Made by a program: the position numbers and the translations under genes. Source: Felis catus (lineage: Eukaryota). Taken from it: 64,000 nt of DNA. How positions within the stretch are numbered: the first letter of the stretch is position 1; each line of letters opens with the position of its first letter. Under the pieces are notes generated by a model. That model was not told where the DNA came from and did no database searches. It was given only the letters and a program-made list of their open reading frames with translations. Positions 12,140 to 23,850 of this stretch are shown one piece after another. The stretch is from positions 102,984,001 through 103,048,000 of the forward strand of contig NC_058368.1 in assembly GCF_018350175.1 (NCBI RefSeq), in the 5' to 3' direction.

Positions 12140-12520
12140 AGCAGAGCTAACAATACTCCCTTTATATCATGGAAAAAGAAATCCTAGAATTTAGCGGGGC
12201 ACATGGCTTTCTGGGATAAAGACTTCATTGCCCAGTCTGCTAGGCTTGGCCATTTTCTACATGTCGTCCATGGGATGTATGGGTAAATGGTATGGTGATT
12301 CAGGGACCTCGATGTTGACTGGGAAGAGGTTTTACAGCTGGAGCACTGGCAGTCATTTTGGACTCTAGGGTGCTGCTGGCATTGAAAGACCTGTACAGCA
12401 GAGCAACAAGACAGAAGGAATTGGAGGCTCTGATACCACCGAGAACACATAAGCCCTGAACTGATAACTTCCAGGTTTCTAGAATGTGAGAAGGGGGGGA
12501 ATACAGATAAACAAACATCA
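12140..12520 (+). mobile_element. LTR33-like ERVL solo LTR
   Basis: GGGCACATGGC...ATAAAGACTTCATTGCCCAG and GCAGAGCAACAAGACAGAAGGA resemble recalled LTR33 consensus. Confidence 0.55.
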
Positions 12521-12548
12521 TACAATATTTAATTGAAATCCTTGCTAT

Positions 12549-13272
12549 TATTTTTTTAATTTATTTTTTTAATTTTTTTTAATATATGAAATTGTCAAAT
12601 TGGTTTCCATACAACACCCAGGGCTCATCCCAAAAGGTGCCCTCCTCAAGGCCCATCACCCACCCTCTCCTCCCTCCCATCCCCCATCAACCCTCAGTTT
12701 GTTCTCGGTTTTTAAGAGTCTCCCATGCTTTGGCTCTCTCCCACTCTACCCTCTTTGTTTTTTCCCCTTCCCCTCCCCCATGGGTTTCTGTTAAGTTTCT
12801 CAGGATCCACAGAAGAGTGAAACCATATGGTATCTGTCTTTCTCTGTATGGCTTATTTCACTTAGCATCACACTCTCCGGTTCCATCCACGTTGCTACAA
12901 AGGGCCATATTTCATTCTTTCTCATTGCCACGTAGTACTCCATTGTGTATATAAACCACAATTTCTTTATCCATTCGTCAGTTGATGGACATTTAGGCTC
13001 TTTCCACAGTTTGGCTATTGTTGAGAGTGCTGCTATAAACATTGGGGTACAAGTGCCCCTATGCATCAGCACTCCTGTATCCCTTGGGTAAATTCCTAGC
13101 AGTTGCTACTGCTACATCATAGGATAGGTCTATTTTTAATTTTTTGAGGAACCTCCACACCGTTTCCCAGAGTGGCTGCACCAGTTTGCATTCCCACCAA
13201 CAGTGCAAGAGGGTTCCCGTTTCTCCATATCCTCTCCAGCATCTATAGTCTCCTGATTTGTTCATTTTGGCC
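12549..13272 (-). mobile_element. Young 5'-truncated feline LINE-1 (ORF2 C-terminus + 3'UTR + polyA)
   Basis: ORFs give [15 protein letters not shown] and TCTPMFIAALSTIAKLWKEPKCPSTDEWIKK; TSD AATCCTTGCTAT at 12537-12548 and 13273-13284. Confidence 0.95.
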
Positions 13273-13294
13273 AATCCTTGCTATGCTTTACCAG

Positions 13295-13452
13295 TAGGAC
13301 TGGCTACAAAATTTGTGACATTCCAGGGTGAAGCATTTTTAAACTGAGGAGCTCCCTTTCCCAAAATTATTAAGGATTTCAAGGCAGCAACAGGAAAGAT
13401 TGAAGGAAGCTCAGAACTTGTGTGATGGAGTTCCCTTGCTTGCAAAGGCCTG
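13295..13452. mobile_element. MER45A-like hAT MITE
   Basis: GGCTACAAAATTTG...AAAATTATTAAGGATTTCAAGGCAGCAACAG resembles recalled MER45A. Confidence 0.55.
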
Positions 13453-13519
13453 GTATTATCTGACTTCTGCCAAAATTGCTCTAAACTCATTTTGCACCAA
13501 TGCTACTAAACTTACCTAG

Positions 13520-13920
13520 TAAACTTTAGGCACCTCCTGGACATCCAAAGTCCTTTCCTGCCTTCGGACACTTGCATGTGGCCACTCTAACCGGGGAATA
13601 GCCACAGGTGATTACAACATTTACCCTTCTCAAGCTGGCATCCGTTCGGCCATTATGAGACAACATATCAATGTGATCTCCTTCTAAGAGTCCATTTCAG
13701 GACCCCTTCATCCCTAGTGTCATGCAGTTTTATTTCTGCTATAGTACATTTATACCACTTGCCTATCATATTGCTTCCTTGTTTGGTTCCTTTTAAACAT
13801 TACCCAAATCGCCTGTAATGTAAGCTTCCTGAGGACAGGCACTTACTCCGTGTCTTACTCACTGATAAGAAAGCACTATGCTTACTTAAAATGTAGGGGG
13901 AGCTCTTTAAATATGTGGTG
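13520..13920 (+). mobile_element. L2 3' fragment
   Basis: TGTAAGCTTCCTGAGGACAGG...GTCTTACTCACTG typical L2 3' motif. Confidence 0.55.
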
Positions 13921-14022
13921 TATGGTAAAGAGAGACAACTTCAAGCATGTGGGCATTTCATCTAGATCATTTGGGTTCAGGAATAGATTTCTTGGTGTTT
14001 TTTAAAACATTCTACCAACTTA

Positions 14023-14253
14023 GGGGCGCCTGGGTGGCTTGGTCGGTTAAGCGTCCGACTTCGGCTTAGGTCATGATCTCACGGTCCGTGGGTTCGAGCC
14101 CCGCGTCGGGCTCTGTGCTGACGGCTCAGAGCCTGGAGCCTGTTTCCGATTCTGTGTCTCCCTCTCTCTCTGCCCCTCCCCTGTTCCTGCTCTGTCTCTC
14201 TCTGTCTCAAAAATAAATAAACGTTAAAAAAATTAAAAAAAAATAAATAAATG
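14023..14253 (+). mobile_element. Feline Can-SINE
   Basis: TSD AAACATTCTACCAACTTA at 14005-14022 and 14254-14271. Confidence 0.97.
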
Positions 14254-14415
14254 AAACATTCTACCAACTTATTCTATAACTACATGATCTTTTATATTTG
14301 ATTGTATGGAAGTGGCCATGCAAATATAGAGATTATCTGTGTAAATATTTCTCAGACTTGTCAGGTAAGGAAAGAAGGAGAGATATCCTCTTTGCTGGAC
14401 ATCTGTATTTTAATG

Positions 14416-14416
<1 letters not shown>

Positions 14417-14468
<52 letters not shown>
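14417..14468. repeat. (CA)n microsatellite
   Basis: Direct read. Confidence 0.97.
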
Positions 14469-14469
<1 letters not shown>

Positions 14470-14470
<1 letters not shown>

Positions 14471-14938
14471 GAGAACCAAAACTGCCTGAGAGGGAGGACC
14501 CTCTCACAGCTTAATATCTAGATTAACATGACCATGTTAAGTATTCCTTATCTTCATTAGCATAACTGGACTCTTTCAAGAGAGTCTTGCCCAGATAAAT
14601 ACTTGGACTGTTCATTATAGAAACTTTCTGAAATATCCACCAGCCTTCAACAGAAAGCATAAACAAATAGGTTTTGCCCACCGATTCTTTGACTCCTTTG
14701 CCTCCCAAACATTTACTGGTAATTTCCACCAATCCTAAACTCTGTGTTATGATCTTTAACCAACTATAATCAAGTTCCTGCACTGGAGGAGACATTTTAC
14801 ACCAAACTTTCCACTCAATAAATTTTGACTTTGCCTTCCCTTCTCCACGATGCTACCAAAGGTAAGGCGGTATTCTCCATTACTGTGATAAGCAATTCAG
14901 CTTTATCTTCTCAAAGGTTATATTGCTGAGATTTGACA
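14470..14938 (+). mobile_element. Old solo LTR, MER110-like (ERV1)
   Basis: TG...CA termini (TGAGAACC...TTTGACA), AATAAA at ~14817, GGTATTCTCCATTACTG...AGCAATTCAGCTTT; family from memory. Confidence 0.5.
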
Positions 14939-15174
14939 AGCCTAATGCAGTTCTTTCTTTATAAAAAAAGTATGAGCTTATGAATTTGATTATTCAGAAT
15001 GATCAGTTGCAATTTATTTAGAGAGGTAAAAATAACTCACTCTTTCTCTCTCTCTCTCTCTTACAAAAGAAGTTCTGTGCCTTATAAACATATCAAGATC
15101 AAAGGTTTATATAAATGGTGACATACAAAAATACCCATGTAAATCAGAGAGTGTACAAACATATTTCTATGTTC

Positions 15175-15537
15175 TCATTGTCTAATATGGGAACCATCAG
15201 ACATATGTGGCTGTTGAGCATTTGACAACCGCTTCGTCTGAATTGAGATGTGATGCCAGCGTGAAATATACCCTAGGTTTAATGACTTAGTATGAGGAAA
15301 GAATGTAAAGTACAAAATTAATAATTTTTATAGGGTTTTTAAAAGTAGCATTTTGGATATAATGCAATATTTGGACAAAATAGAAGACTTTGATACAGTG
15401 TATATTATATATACATTAAATATATTGTATATATTAGTAAAATTAATTTTAACCATTTCTTTCCACCTTTTGAAAATATGTCAACTAAATAATTTAAAAT
15501 GACATCTGTGGCTTACATTCTATTTCTATCAACACGC
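15175..15537 (-). mobile_element. MER33-like hAT-Charlie MITE
   Basis: ATGTGGCTGTTGAGCATTTGA...TCTGAATTGAGATGTG...GACTTAGTATGA...TGTGGCTTACATTCTATTTCTAT. Confidence 0.7.
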
Positions 15538-17177
15538 TTTCTATGCCTTCTCTCTCTATTTCTACGTGTCCTCGCTAGTTAAAAAAGACACAAAGAAACC
15601 AACCATGGCAAACTGCATAATCAGTTGGGAGGCAATGTTATATATGCATTTTTATCTTATAATGTCTTAGTTCTTCAACATTACTTATGTATTTAAAGGT
15701 CCTCACAAATATGAACATAGCCACGGCTTCCACAATGTAAAATATTCTTGGTGGATGGGCTTTCCTGGTCTACTGGAAAGCATGAAGGGGAATTTACCCA
15801 TAAAGGTTGAAAATCATTTACAAGTTGTTTTGCTTTTGAATTAACTTTGGAGGAAATTCTTTCACAGCTGGCTCTGCAAGAGACATTGCAAGAAACGGGC
15901 AAAACACGGAAGCCCACGCATTCATGTGACTTTGTGGTAAAAAGCCAGCTAGATCTGTGATGGAACATGTAATTCAATTGTACCGAGAGGCAGATGTCAT
16001 CTGTAATTTTCCTCTAGAGCTGGCTCTTTTGTCTGAAGAATGAGGACTGCGTCATGCCCACATTGTGGACTGCAGAGAAAATATGCATATCCCCCTCCTG
16101 TCCTATTGTCTGCTTGGAACTACCCTAAACCTGTTGTGTGAGAACACTGGGGTGGTATGCAATTTCTTCTCGGAAGATACTTTTGAAAGGATAATGGTTA
16201 CTTTTGATGCGGGTAAGACACGGATGAGATAGTCTCAGGGCCTTTGACTAAACCCAAACAGGAACAAGGGAAGGACTGGGGCAAAGGTTCTTGACCTGAG
16301 GTGAAAGACGAGAGAAAGGCTTGTTAGCACAACAAGTGAATAAATAAAACGTCTGAGTCCCCTGGGAGGAGGGAACTTCATGCTTTATCACCGAAGACAA
16401 GAAAACTCCACCTCATGGCTACTTAATCCTCTGTAACATGAAACTCAAGAGCGAGGACCCTATAGTCCCCTGTTGGCGGACTAAGATACTTGCTTCATTT
16501 TAATGTATGGGTATTTGAGTTTCATCTGCCCAAGTCCCTTGTCTTCTAGAGTTGTCATGTTGGAAGTGTTTGACAGTGGTTTCTAATGTTGAAGTTCTCC
16601 TATGTCATACTGTAATGTTAACAAACCCCAAGTTCAACAGCGTATCTTTATTTCTAAGCTGTTCTCATCTGTAATTCTTCCCACGTTAGAAACAGGGAAA
16701 TGGAACATATTTCGGCACGATATGATAGAGCAGTTCTGAACTTCGACGCTTCAACTCAGCTATATTGGTAGCGTTGTGACTCTTTCCTTGGCGAAACTTC
16801 CTTAACACTCTTTTGTGGCGTAAGGAATTAAGAGAAAGGCGCTTTGGCATTTCCTAAGAAAATCATTCTTCCTTCCATTGTCCTTCTAGGTCACAGAATT
16901 GCTCTTTCCTTGAACACCTCACAGCCCCGTACCACTATTTGCTGAGGAAAAGGGAAAACCTCTTAGGATGGCACCCAAGAAAATTAGTCTTTCTCCAGTT
17001 TTATGAGCTGAACTCTGTCCTCTTCAAATTCGTATGGTGAAGTCGTAATTCCCCAGTAACTCGGTATGTAACTGTGTTGGGAAATAGAATCTTGAAAGAG
17101 GCAATTCACTTAAAATGAGCTCATAATGGAGTGTCCTAATTCAATAGGGCTGGTATCCTTATAAGAAGACGACTTTC

Positions 17178-17394
17178 GGGGCGCCTGGGTGGCACAGTCG
17201 GCTAAGCGTCCGACTTCGGCCTGGTCACGATCTCGCGGTCCGTGGGTTCGGGCCCCGCGTCGGGGTCTGGGCTGATGGCTCAGAGCCTGGAGCCTGTTTC
17301 CGATTCTGTGTCTCCCTCTCTCTCTGCCCATCCCCCGTTCATGCTCTGTCTCTCTCTGTCCCAAAAATAAATAAAAAACGTTGAAAAAAAAAAA
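17178..17394 (+). mobile_element. Young feline Can-SINE
   Basis: TSD AAGAAGACGAC(T/A)TTC at 17163-17177 and 17395-17409. Confidence 0.97.
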
Positions 17395-17410
17395 AAGAAG
17401 ACGACATTCA

Positions 17411-17537
17411 GGGGGCGCCTGGGTGGCTCAGTCGGTTAAGTGTTCAACTCTTGATTTCAGCTCAGGCTGTGACCTCATGATTAGTGGGTGTGAGTCCCAT
17501 ATGCGGCTCTGTCCTGATAGTGCAAAGCTTGCTTGGG

Positions 17538-17568
<31 letters not shown>

Positions 17569-17622
17569 GCCCCTCCCCTGCCTGTACTCTCTCTCTCTTT
17601 CAAAATAAATAAACATAAAAAA
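17411..17622 (+). mobile_element. Older Can-SINE
   Basis: ACTCTTGATTTCAGCTCAGG head; AAGA(C/T)GACATT flanks. Confidence 0.93.
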
Positions 17623-17707
17623 AAAGATGACATTAGGATATAGAACCTCACAGAAGGAGACACTGACAGGAGATAAGGATAGCAGCCTCAAGAGAAAACA
17701 ACCCTAT

Positions 17708-17933
17708 GGGGCGCCTGGGTGGCGCAGTCGGTTAAGCGTCCGACTTCAGCCAGGTCACGATCTCGCGGTCCGTGAGTTCGAGCCCCGCGTCAGGCTCTGG
17801 GCTGATGGCTCAGAACCTGGAGCCTGTTTCTGATTCTGTGTCTCCCTCTCTCTCTGGCCCTCCCCCGTTCGTGCTCTGTCTCTCTCTGTCCCAAAAATAA
17901 ATAAACGTTGAAAAAAAAAATTAAAAAAAAAAA
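17708..17933 (+). mobile_element. Young feline Can-SINE
   Basis: Exact TSD AAGAGAAAACAACCCTA at 17690-17706 and 17934-17950. Confidence 0.97.
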
Positions 17934-18471
17934 AAGAGAAAACAACCCTACTAATACTTTGATCTCTTGATCTTAGACTTCTAACCTCTATAATTGTGAG
18001 AAAATAAACCTCCTCGGTTCAAACAATCCAGTCTGTGGTTACTTTATTACGGCAGCCCTAAGGAACAAATATTTTTGGAATTCTGAAGCAAAAGCTTTGA
18101 GGGTCACTTTGATTGCACTTGCTGAGGTCGTGTGCCACCCCTGACCACTGTGACCACCCGTGGTGAATAAGGATTCCACTTGAGTCCCTCAGGGTCCGCC
18201 CCTGAATCTGGGTAAGGGGAGGAGCTCTTCTTCAGCCCAAGCACAGGGCTGAGCCTTGGGTGGGAGGTTGTGATAGAGCAAGTCTCTGAGAATGGATGCA
18301 CCCTATGTATCTACGACACATAAAAACACAGAGAACAGAACCCCCAGGATGGTGTTCTGTTCAAAGGTCATGCGGATATGATGGCTGGTCAGGAGAATTC
18401 TCCTGCCATCACTGGAGATCTCTGTGTAGTTAACTCTCTTGGGCCAACTTTGTGTACCTGAAACTTGCAAC

Positions 18472-18681
18472 TTTTTTTTTTAACGTTTATTTTATTTTTG
18501 AGACAGAGACACAGCATGAACGGGGGAGGGGCAGAGAGAGAGGCAGACACAGAATCAGAAGCAGGCTCCAGACTCTGAGCCATCAGCCCAGAGCCCAACG
18601 CGGGGTTCGAACCCATGGACCGCGAGATCGTGACCTGAGCCGAAGTCGGACGCTTAACCGACTGAGCCACCCAGGTGCCCC
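18472..18681 (-). mobile_element. Feline Can-SINE
   Basis: Full body; GCAACT flanks. Confidence 0.95.
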
Positions 18682-18747
18682 GCAACTATTTTTAAAATAT
18701 AACCTCTCCTCCAGTACAGGTCCTCCTTTAATGATAGTCTTACTTTA

Positions 18748-18959
18748 TTTTTTTTTCAACGTTTATTTATTTTTGGGACAGAGAGAGACAGAGCATGAAT
18801 GGGGGAGGGGCAGAGAGAGAGGGAGACACAGAATCAGAAACAGGCTCCAGGCTCTGAGCCATCAGCCCAGAGCCTGATGCGGGGCTCGAACTCACGGACC
18901 GCGAGATGGTGACCTGGCTGAAGTCGGATGCTTAACCGACTGCGCCACCCAGGCGCCCC
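18748..18959 (-). mobile_element. Young feline Can-SINE
   Basis: Exact TSD AATGATAGTCTTACTTTA at 18730-18747 and 18960-18977. Confidence 0.97.
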
Positions 18960-19169
18960 AATGATAGTCTTACTTTAACCCAGGTGTTGTGGGTGTTCCT
19001 TGCAAAGCCTCAAGTTACACCCAAGCGCCGACAGTAAGAGGACTTGGTCATTTACTGCATCCACTCCACTGGCAAAAGCCAGTTGTAAGGTTTTACTGAA
19101 GGAGGAAATGGAGATCATATACTGCTCATCACATAACCAACAACTTAATAAAACACCGTACTGAAGACA

Positions 19170-19555
19170 AGCCAGCCCCCTGCTCCCTTTCTGACCTCCT
19201 CGTACCCTCCACACCACCACGTTGTGCTTTAGAGCCCGGTCCTTGTGGCTCCACCGCTCAGGGTCTCTTGCCCGGGTGTCCATGTGGCTCCCTCCACCCC
19301 TTGGGTCTTTTTGTTCAAACTCCGTCTTCTCCGGGAGACCTTCTTTGCCCACAGCACTCTCTCTTTCTCCCCTATTTCATTTTGCTCCATTGTGTTTATC
19401 CTATTTTCTTAATTCTGGGTTTACTATCTGCCTCTCTCCTTCAGAAGCTCCATGAGGGTGGAAATTCTGTGTGTCCTAGTTCCTGCTGTATCTCTCATCA
19501 TTTACAATGGTGTCCAGAAAAGAGAAGTCACGCAGCACGTTTTTGTTAAAGGAAC
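19170..19555 (+). mobile_element. L2 3' fragment
   Basis: AAGCTCCATGAGGG...TTCCTGCTGTATC L2 motif. Confidence 0.55.
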
Positions 19556-19669
19556 CCTGTCGTTTTTTCACAACCGTTTCTCTTCAGCATCCAGTCACCA
19601 GGTCTTTTGTCACTGATCCCTCCCCTACATGCCTCTCCAACCCAGATGCCTACTAGTACAGAATTACTT

Positions 19670-19806
19670 AAAAAAATTTTTTTTAATGTTTATCTTTATT
19701 TTTGAGACAGAGAGAGACAGAGCATGAGTGGGGGAGGGGCAGAGAGAGAGGGAGACACAGAATTGAAGCAGGCTCCAGGCTCTGAGCTGTCAACACAGAG
19801 CCCAAA
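19670..19806 (-). mobile_element. 5'-truncated Can-SINE
   Basis: Lacks tRNA head; TA(C/G)AGAATTACTT at 19657-19669 and 19807-19819. Confidence 0.9.
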
Positions 19807-19857
19807 TAGAGAATTACTTTAGAAGGCAGGAGGGTAGTGTGAAATATATATGTATGC

Positions 19858-19882
19858 GTGTGTGTGTGTGTGTGTGTGTGTG
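19858..19882. repeat. (TG)n microsatellite
   Basis: Direct read. Confidence 0.9.
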
Positions 19883-19931
19883 ATGCATTACAGTATATGT
19901 ATTGTATTATATTATGTCTGTATTATATGTA

Positions 19932-20256
19932 CAGGTGACCCTTGAACAACGGGGGGTTAGGGGTACAAACACTCCGTGCAGTTGAAAATCCATGAATAAC
20001 TTTTGACTCCCTGCAAACTTAACTACCAATAGCCTACTGCCGACTAGAAGCCTTACTGACAATATACACAACTGATTAACACATGGTTTGTATATGTAAT
20101 ATATTCTGTATTCTCACAATAAGGCCATCTAGAGAAAATGTTAAAATCGTTAAGAAAGAGAAAATACATTCACAGCACTGTACTGTATTTATATTAAGAA
20201 AATCAGCATATAAATGGAACTGCTCAGTTCAAATCCATGTTGTTCAAGGTCAAGTG
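19932..20256. mobile_element. Tigger2a-like TcMar MITE
   Basis: TIRs CAGGTGACCCTTGAACAAC ... GTTGTTCAAGGTCAAGTG, TA at left flank. Confidence 0.8.
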
Positions 20257-21394
20257 CACACGTATGTTTGCATGTACGTATATGTCCCTCCAGACACACG
20301 TGTGCTGTGATGCTGTTAAAGCCATCTCTTCCTGCTATCCTGACTGCCCGAATCACTTGCCTCCTGGCACGGATCAGAGCCATATGAGTTTTCTAGGCTT
20401 AATCCAAAGCTGCCACTTCGGGACCCAGGGAAGCTTTTGCCCCTCCAGTGAATGGCATAAACACACGAACCCAATGTTTTCCTTGTGCCTCCTTCAGTTA
20501 CTGATCAAAGAGAAGTCATAGCAATCAAATGATCCCTTTTTTTTCTCAGCAGAATGTTTATATCACTCTGAGGTTTCTTTGAATTCATTTGCTTTCCCGA
20601 ACCTTTAAAACAGGCAGTACGTTTCCCTCTCCCTTTTGTATAAGGCACAGTTATTTTTTTTCTAACATGGCCATCTATCTTACACCATCTGACCCCCATC
20701 AATGTCATCGGTGTTATCTCTGGCAACGTTTCCCATCACGCTTTTTCTCTTTGTGTCATACAGGCTGGCCTCTTTCTTCCCCAAGTGCCTCGTGCTCTTT
20801 CCACCCTCTCAAAGCAAGCCCCAGAGTTTAAAGGTAAGGCTGAACAGTCAAGCCTGCTTGGTGCTGCAAGTCCAAATCCTGGAGCTGCCCCACACAATAC
20901 CGATGCCACTCTACCTTTGCGGCGTAAAAAGTGGCTGATGCAGAAGTAGCTTCGTGAAAACCATTTGGGGTTCATTAGACATAGGAAGAAGAAGCAAAAC
21001 TCATGAATTTTATGACACTCTTTTCAGACGCAGGCCGGATTCTCCACTCGTTACAAAGACAGAGCTAGGAAACTTGAATAAGCATGAGGACGTACGGCAA
21101 TGTTTTCCCGACAGAGTCTGGCTGGCTCCACCTGTTACCATCCCACCATCGTCTAAGAAGAAAGCCAGCATTAGAAGTGCTAGTACCTGCAAGAATCCTG
21201 TTTCACATTCTTGGATTTCAAACGCGGCTCAGTACTCTTTCCATATCCAGTCACTCGGTACTCAAGAGTGCTGCCGTTCACCTTATGCTATGAGGGAGCC
21301 AGAGTCACTGGCAGGGGAGAACCCTCTGACACACAGACCTTCTCATACGCACTTTGCTTTGACTCCGATTCCCACCCTGTGCTCGTCAACCCTT

Positions 21395-21535
21395 CCAGAG
21401 GCTTCTAAACTCCCTGAACACGGTCATACTGTTTATCTTGTTTACAACGGTATCTCCGGTGTCCAGGGGCTAGCATAACACCTTAGCATAACAACAGGCG
21501 CAGATAATAATTATTCCTCAAATTTATGAATGAAT
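21395..21535 (+). mobile_element. L2 3' end relic
   Basis: TCTTGTTTACAACGGTATCTCC...ATGAATGAAT. Confidence 0.45.
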
Positions 21536-21789
21536 CTCATAGAGAGCGAAATTTACACAATGAATGACATTGAGGATAGGCAGAAAATTTGACATGTGGC
21601 TTCCCAAGGCTTATATACGTGGAAGGCATTTTTAACTACTTTGCCAGGTACCATGACGGAAGTCAGAGAAGATATGCACATTTCCAGTTGTGATAAACCA
21701 CCGCTGTAATATCGATAGCAGTGGAAATCATATAATTAAAACAACAATTAGTTCTTTAGTATATAAATTTGCTGTCACCTAAAATTGCC

Positions 21790-21935
21790 CTACTTATTAC
21801 AATACAATACAGGGTAAGTATTATTTTATCTAGTTTTTCTAATGATGACACTAAGGCTCATTAAGGCTAAAGACTGTGACCAAATTGACATTGCTGGCTA
21901 GGTGCTTCCAATGGGATTTAAGTATAGTGTGCTCT
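21790..21935 (-). mobile_element. MIR relic
   Basis: GATGACACTAAGGCTCATTAAGGCTAAAGACT resembles MIR core. Confidence 0.4.
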
Positions 21936-23659
21936 TCCTGGCATAGTTACTGTTTGTTTCTACACCAGGGTAACTGACATGGCCATCTCAGTGACTATGC
22001 TGGGACCCATGGAATCCTAGAGAACAGCTCACATGATAAAACAGATGGGCCCATGACCTGAAATCTCACAAGGGCTGGTGTGGCCAGAGCAGAAGGTGCT
22101 GTGGCTACAGACCAAAAAGGAAGGAAGAAAGACTCCAGAGAAACTGAGAGGAGGTTTTTGGGAGCAGTTGCCAATAGAGAATATCTGTTTTCTGTGAGCC
22201 CCTGGGTTACACAGAACAGCTTTGCAAACTTTCCATCTGACCTGGGTACAGAGAATAAGGAGAGCTTTCTATGTGAAATGACATGCTGGTATTCTAAATG
22301 AAAGAAGTGCTTTCTGGAATATTTTCCCTTAATTTTTTCCCCTTCTTTTACTTGACAATTTTTTATTTCCCATCTCCTTTGTGGTGAGGCTAGGACTAAC
22401 TTTTCAAAGAAGGCTGTAAGGAAGACCTATGTTTTGATTGCTGTACCTGGAAGGTGGGTTGTGTAAGGTTGAGTTTTTACCAGAGGAACTAAAATTGCCC
22501 CTCATTCCTTCTCCTTTCTTCCCAATCATAGAGGACTCAAAAGTAGGACCAAAGACAAGGAGCAAGAACTAATCTTCACTTCTGAAAAACACAAGCGACC
22601 TAGAGAATGATGTGAATCAAGAGTCAGTGGAGAGACCTGGAAGGCTCCAGGAAACTGAGACAGATTGAGGCAAGTGGGGCTTGTAGCTCAACTGGACAAG
22701 CTTGGGCTTTGAAGTTCTCATATTAACTGATTGATTGATTGATTCATTCATTCATTTATACATCAAACACATAAGGGAGAAAGGAAAAATGAATATTCAA
22801 TGAAGAGAGATAGGGAGTACAGATCATGAGAGGTGTAAGGGTGAAGAGGAAAAGTGACTAATAGTTTGGCTAGGGCAGGGGATGGTGGGCATAGGGTGAA
22901 GGCAAAGGCTTTAGGCTTCTTTGTAGGTTGTCTGAGGGCCACACAAGAGTGAAGAGACTGAGGATCTAGGGGTGACTAAGGAAACAACACCTAGATGATG
23001 TGCTAAGTCTCAATACCCAGATGGAGGAGTTGGGTTTGACAACCCATAGGATGCTTGTTGCTTTGAGATAGGGAGAGGAGAGGCTACCGCTTAACTCTTT
23101 CAGGAGGTCCTTTTCCACAAGACCCAAGGTATGTCATTTATTAAATAACCTGAGACATCAATTAGTTTCACATATAATCACAATATATAATCATTCCACA
23201 TATAATCACTGACAGAAGGTTGTTGTGGAATGTGTACATTATAAATCATGTACTCCTTCAACAATGGTTACTTTGTGTTAAGATTTTGGGGTACAAAGCA
23301 GAATAAGGCCTTGTTTCCACCATTCTTGGACTGATGAACGGTACAGTAGGGGTGACAAGTATACAAGTAGATCTTTACAAAGGTGCTTTTACCACAATGA
23401 TACAGCACGCAAGGAGTATTATAGGCACTCTAGGAAGACATATCCTCCAGGGGCCAAGTACATATTCATATACGTACTTGGGTGTACAAGTTAATATCAG
23501 AAAAGGAGTTTGGTAAGTCGTGAATGACTTATAGAAGTGTTTAAAACCTTTACAACTTACTTTAAATATTTGCATGGTATAATACATGTGTACTATAGAA
23601 AATAATCTGAAAAGAAATTAAAATGAGTATCTTTTATCCAAAATAGAGTTATTACCAAA

Positions 23660-23699
23660 GGAAAGAGTTTTAGACTTAGGGTCAGACTTTGATGTGTGC

Positions 23700-23735
<36 letters not shown>

Positions 23736-23850
23736 GTGTGTGTGACTTTGGACAGCTGTGTCGCATCCCTGAGTATCAGTTTCCTCATCTGAAAAATGAA
23801 GAGGCTGGTATCCACGGCTGCTTTATCCATGACAGCCTCTGAGTCTGCAA
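23660..23850 (+). mobile_element. MIR containing a (TG)n microsatellite
   Basis: TGTGACTTTGGACA...CAGTTTCCTCATCTGAAAAATG core; (TG)n ~23693-23743. Confidence 0.7.

Larger units (their letters stand above)
17000..18072 (+). mobile_element. MLT1(A/B)-type MaLR LTR interrupted by three SINEs
   Basis: TATGAGCTGAACTCTGTCC...TCCTTATAAGAAGA...GACTTCTAACCTC...TGTGAGAAAATAAAC...GGCAGCCCTAAGGAAC. Confidence 0.75.

Noticed and set aside
14023..14110. tRNA-like A/B boxes
   Set aside because: tRNA-derived SINE heads, not tRNA genes
16464..16482. CTCF-like words (also ~11186-11203 and ~53418-53435)
   Set aside because: Each mismatches core positions; needs PWM scoring or ChIP data
18389..18877. Recurrent ORFs such as MAQSVKRPTSAQV... 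and ETEHERGRGRERGRHRI...
   Set aside because: Reading frames of Can-SINE copies, not genes
20954..21478. Longest ORF (174 aa)
   Set aside because: Non-ATG start, no recognisable domain, and its 3' end runs into an L2 relic
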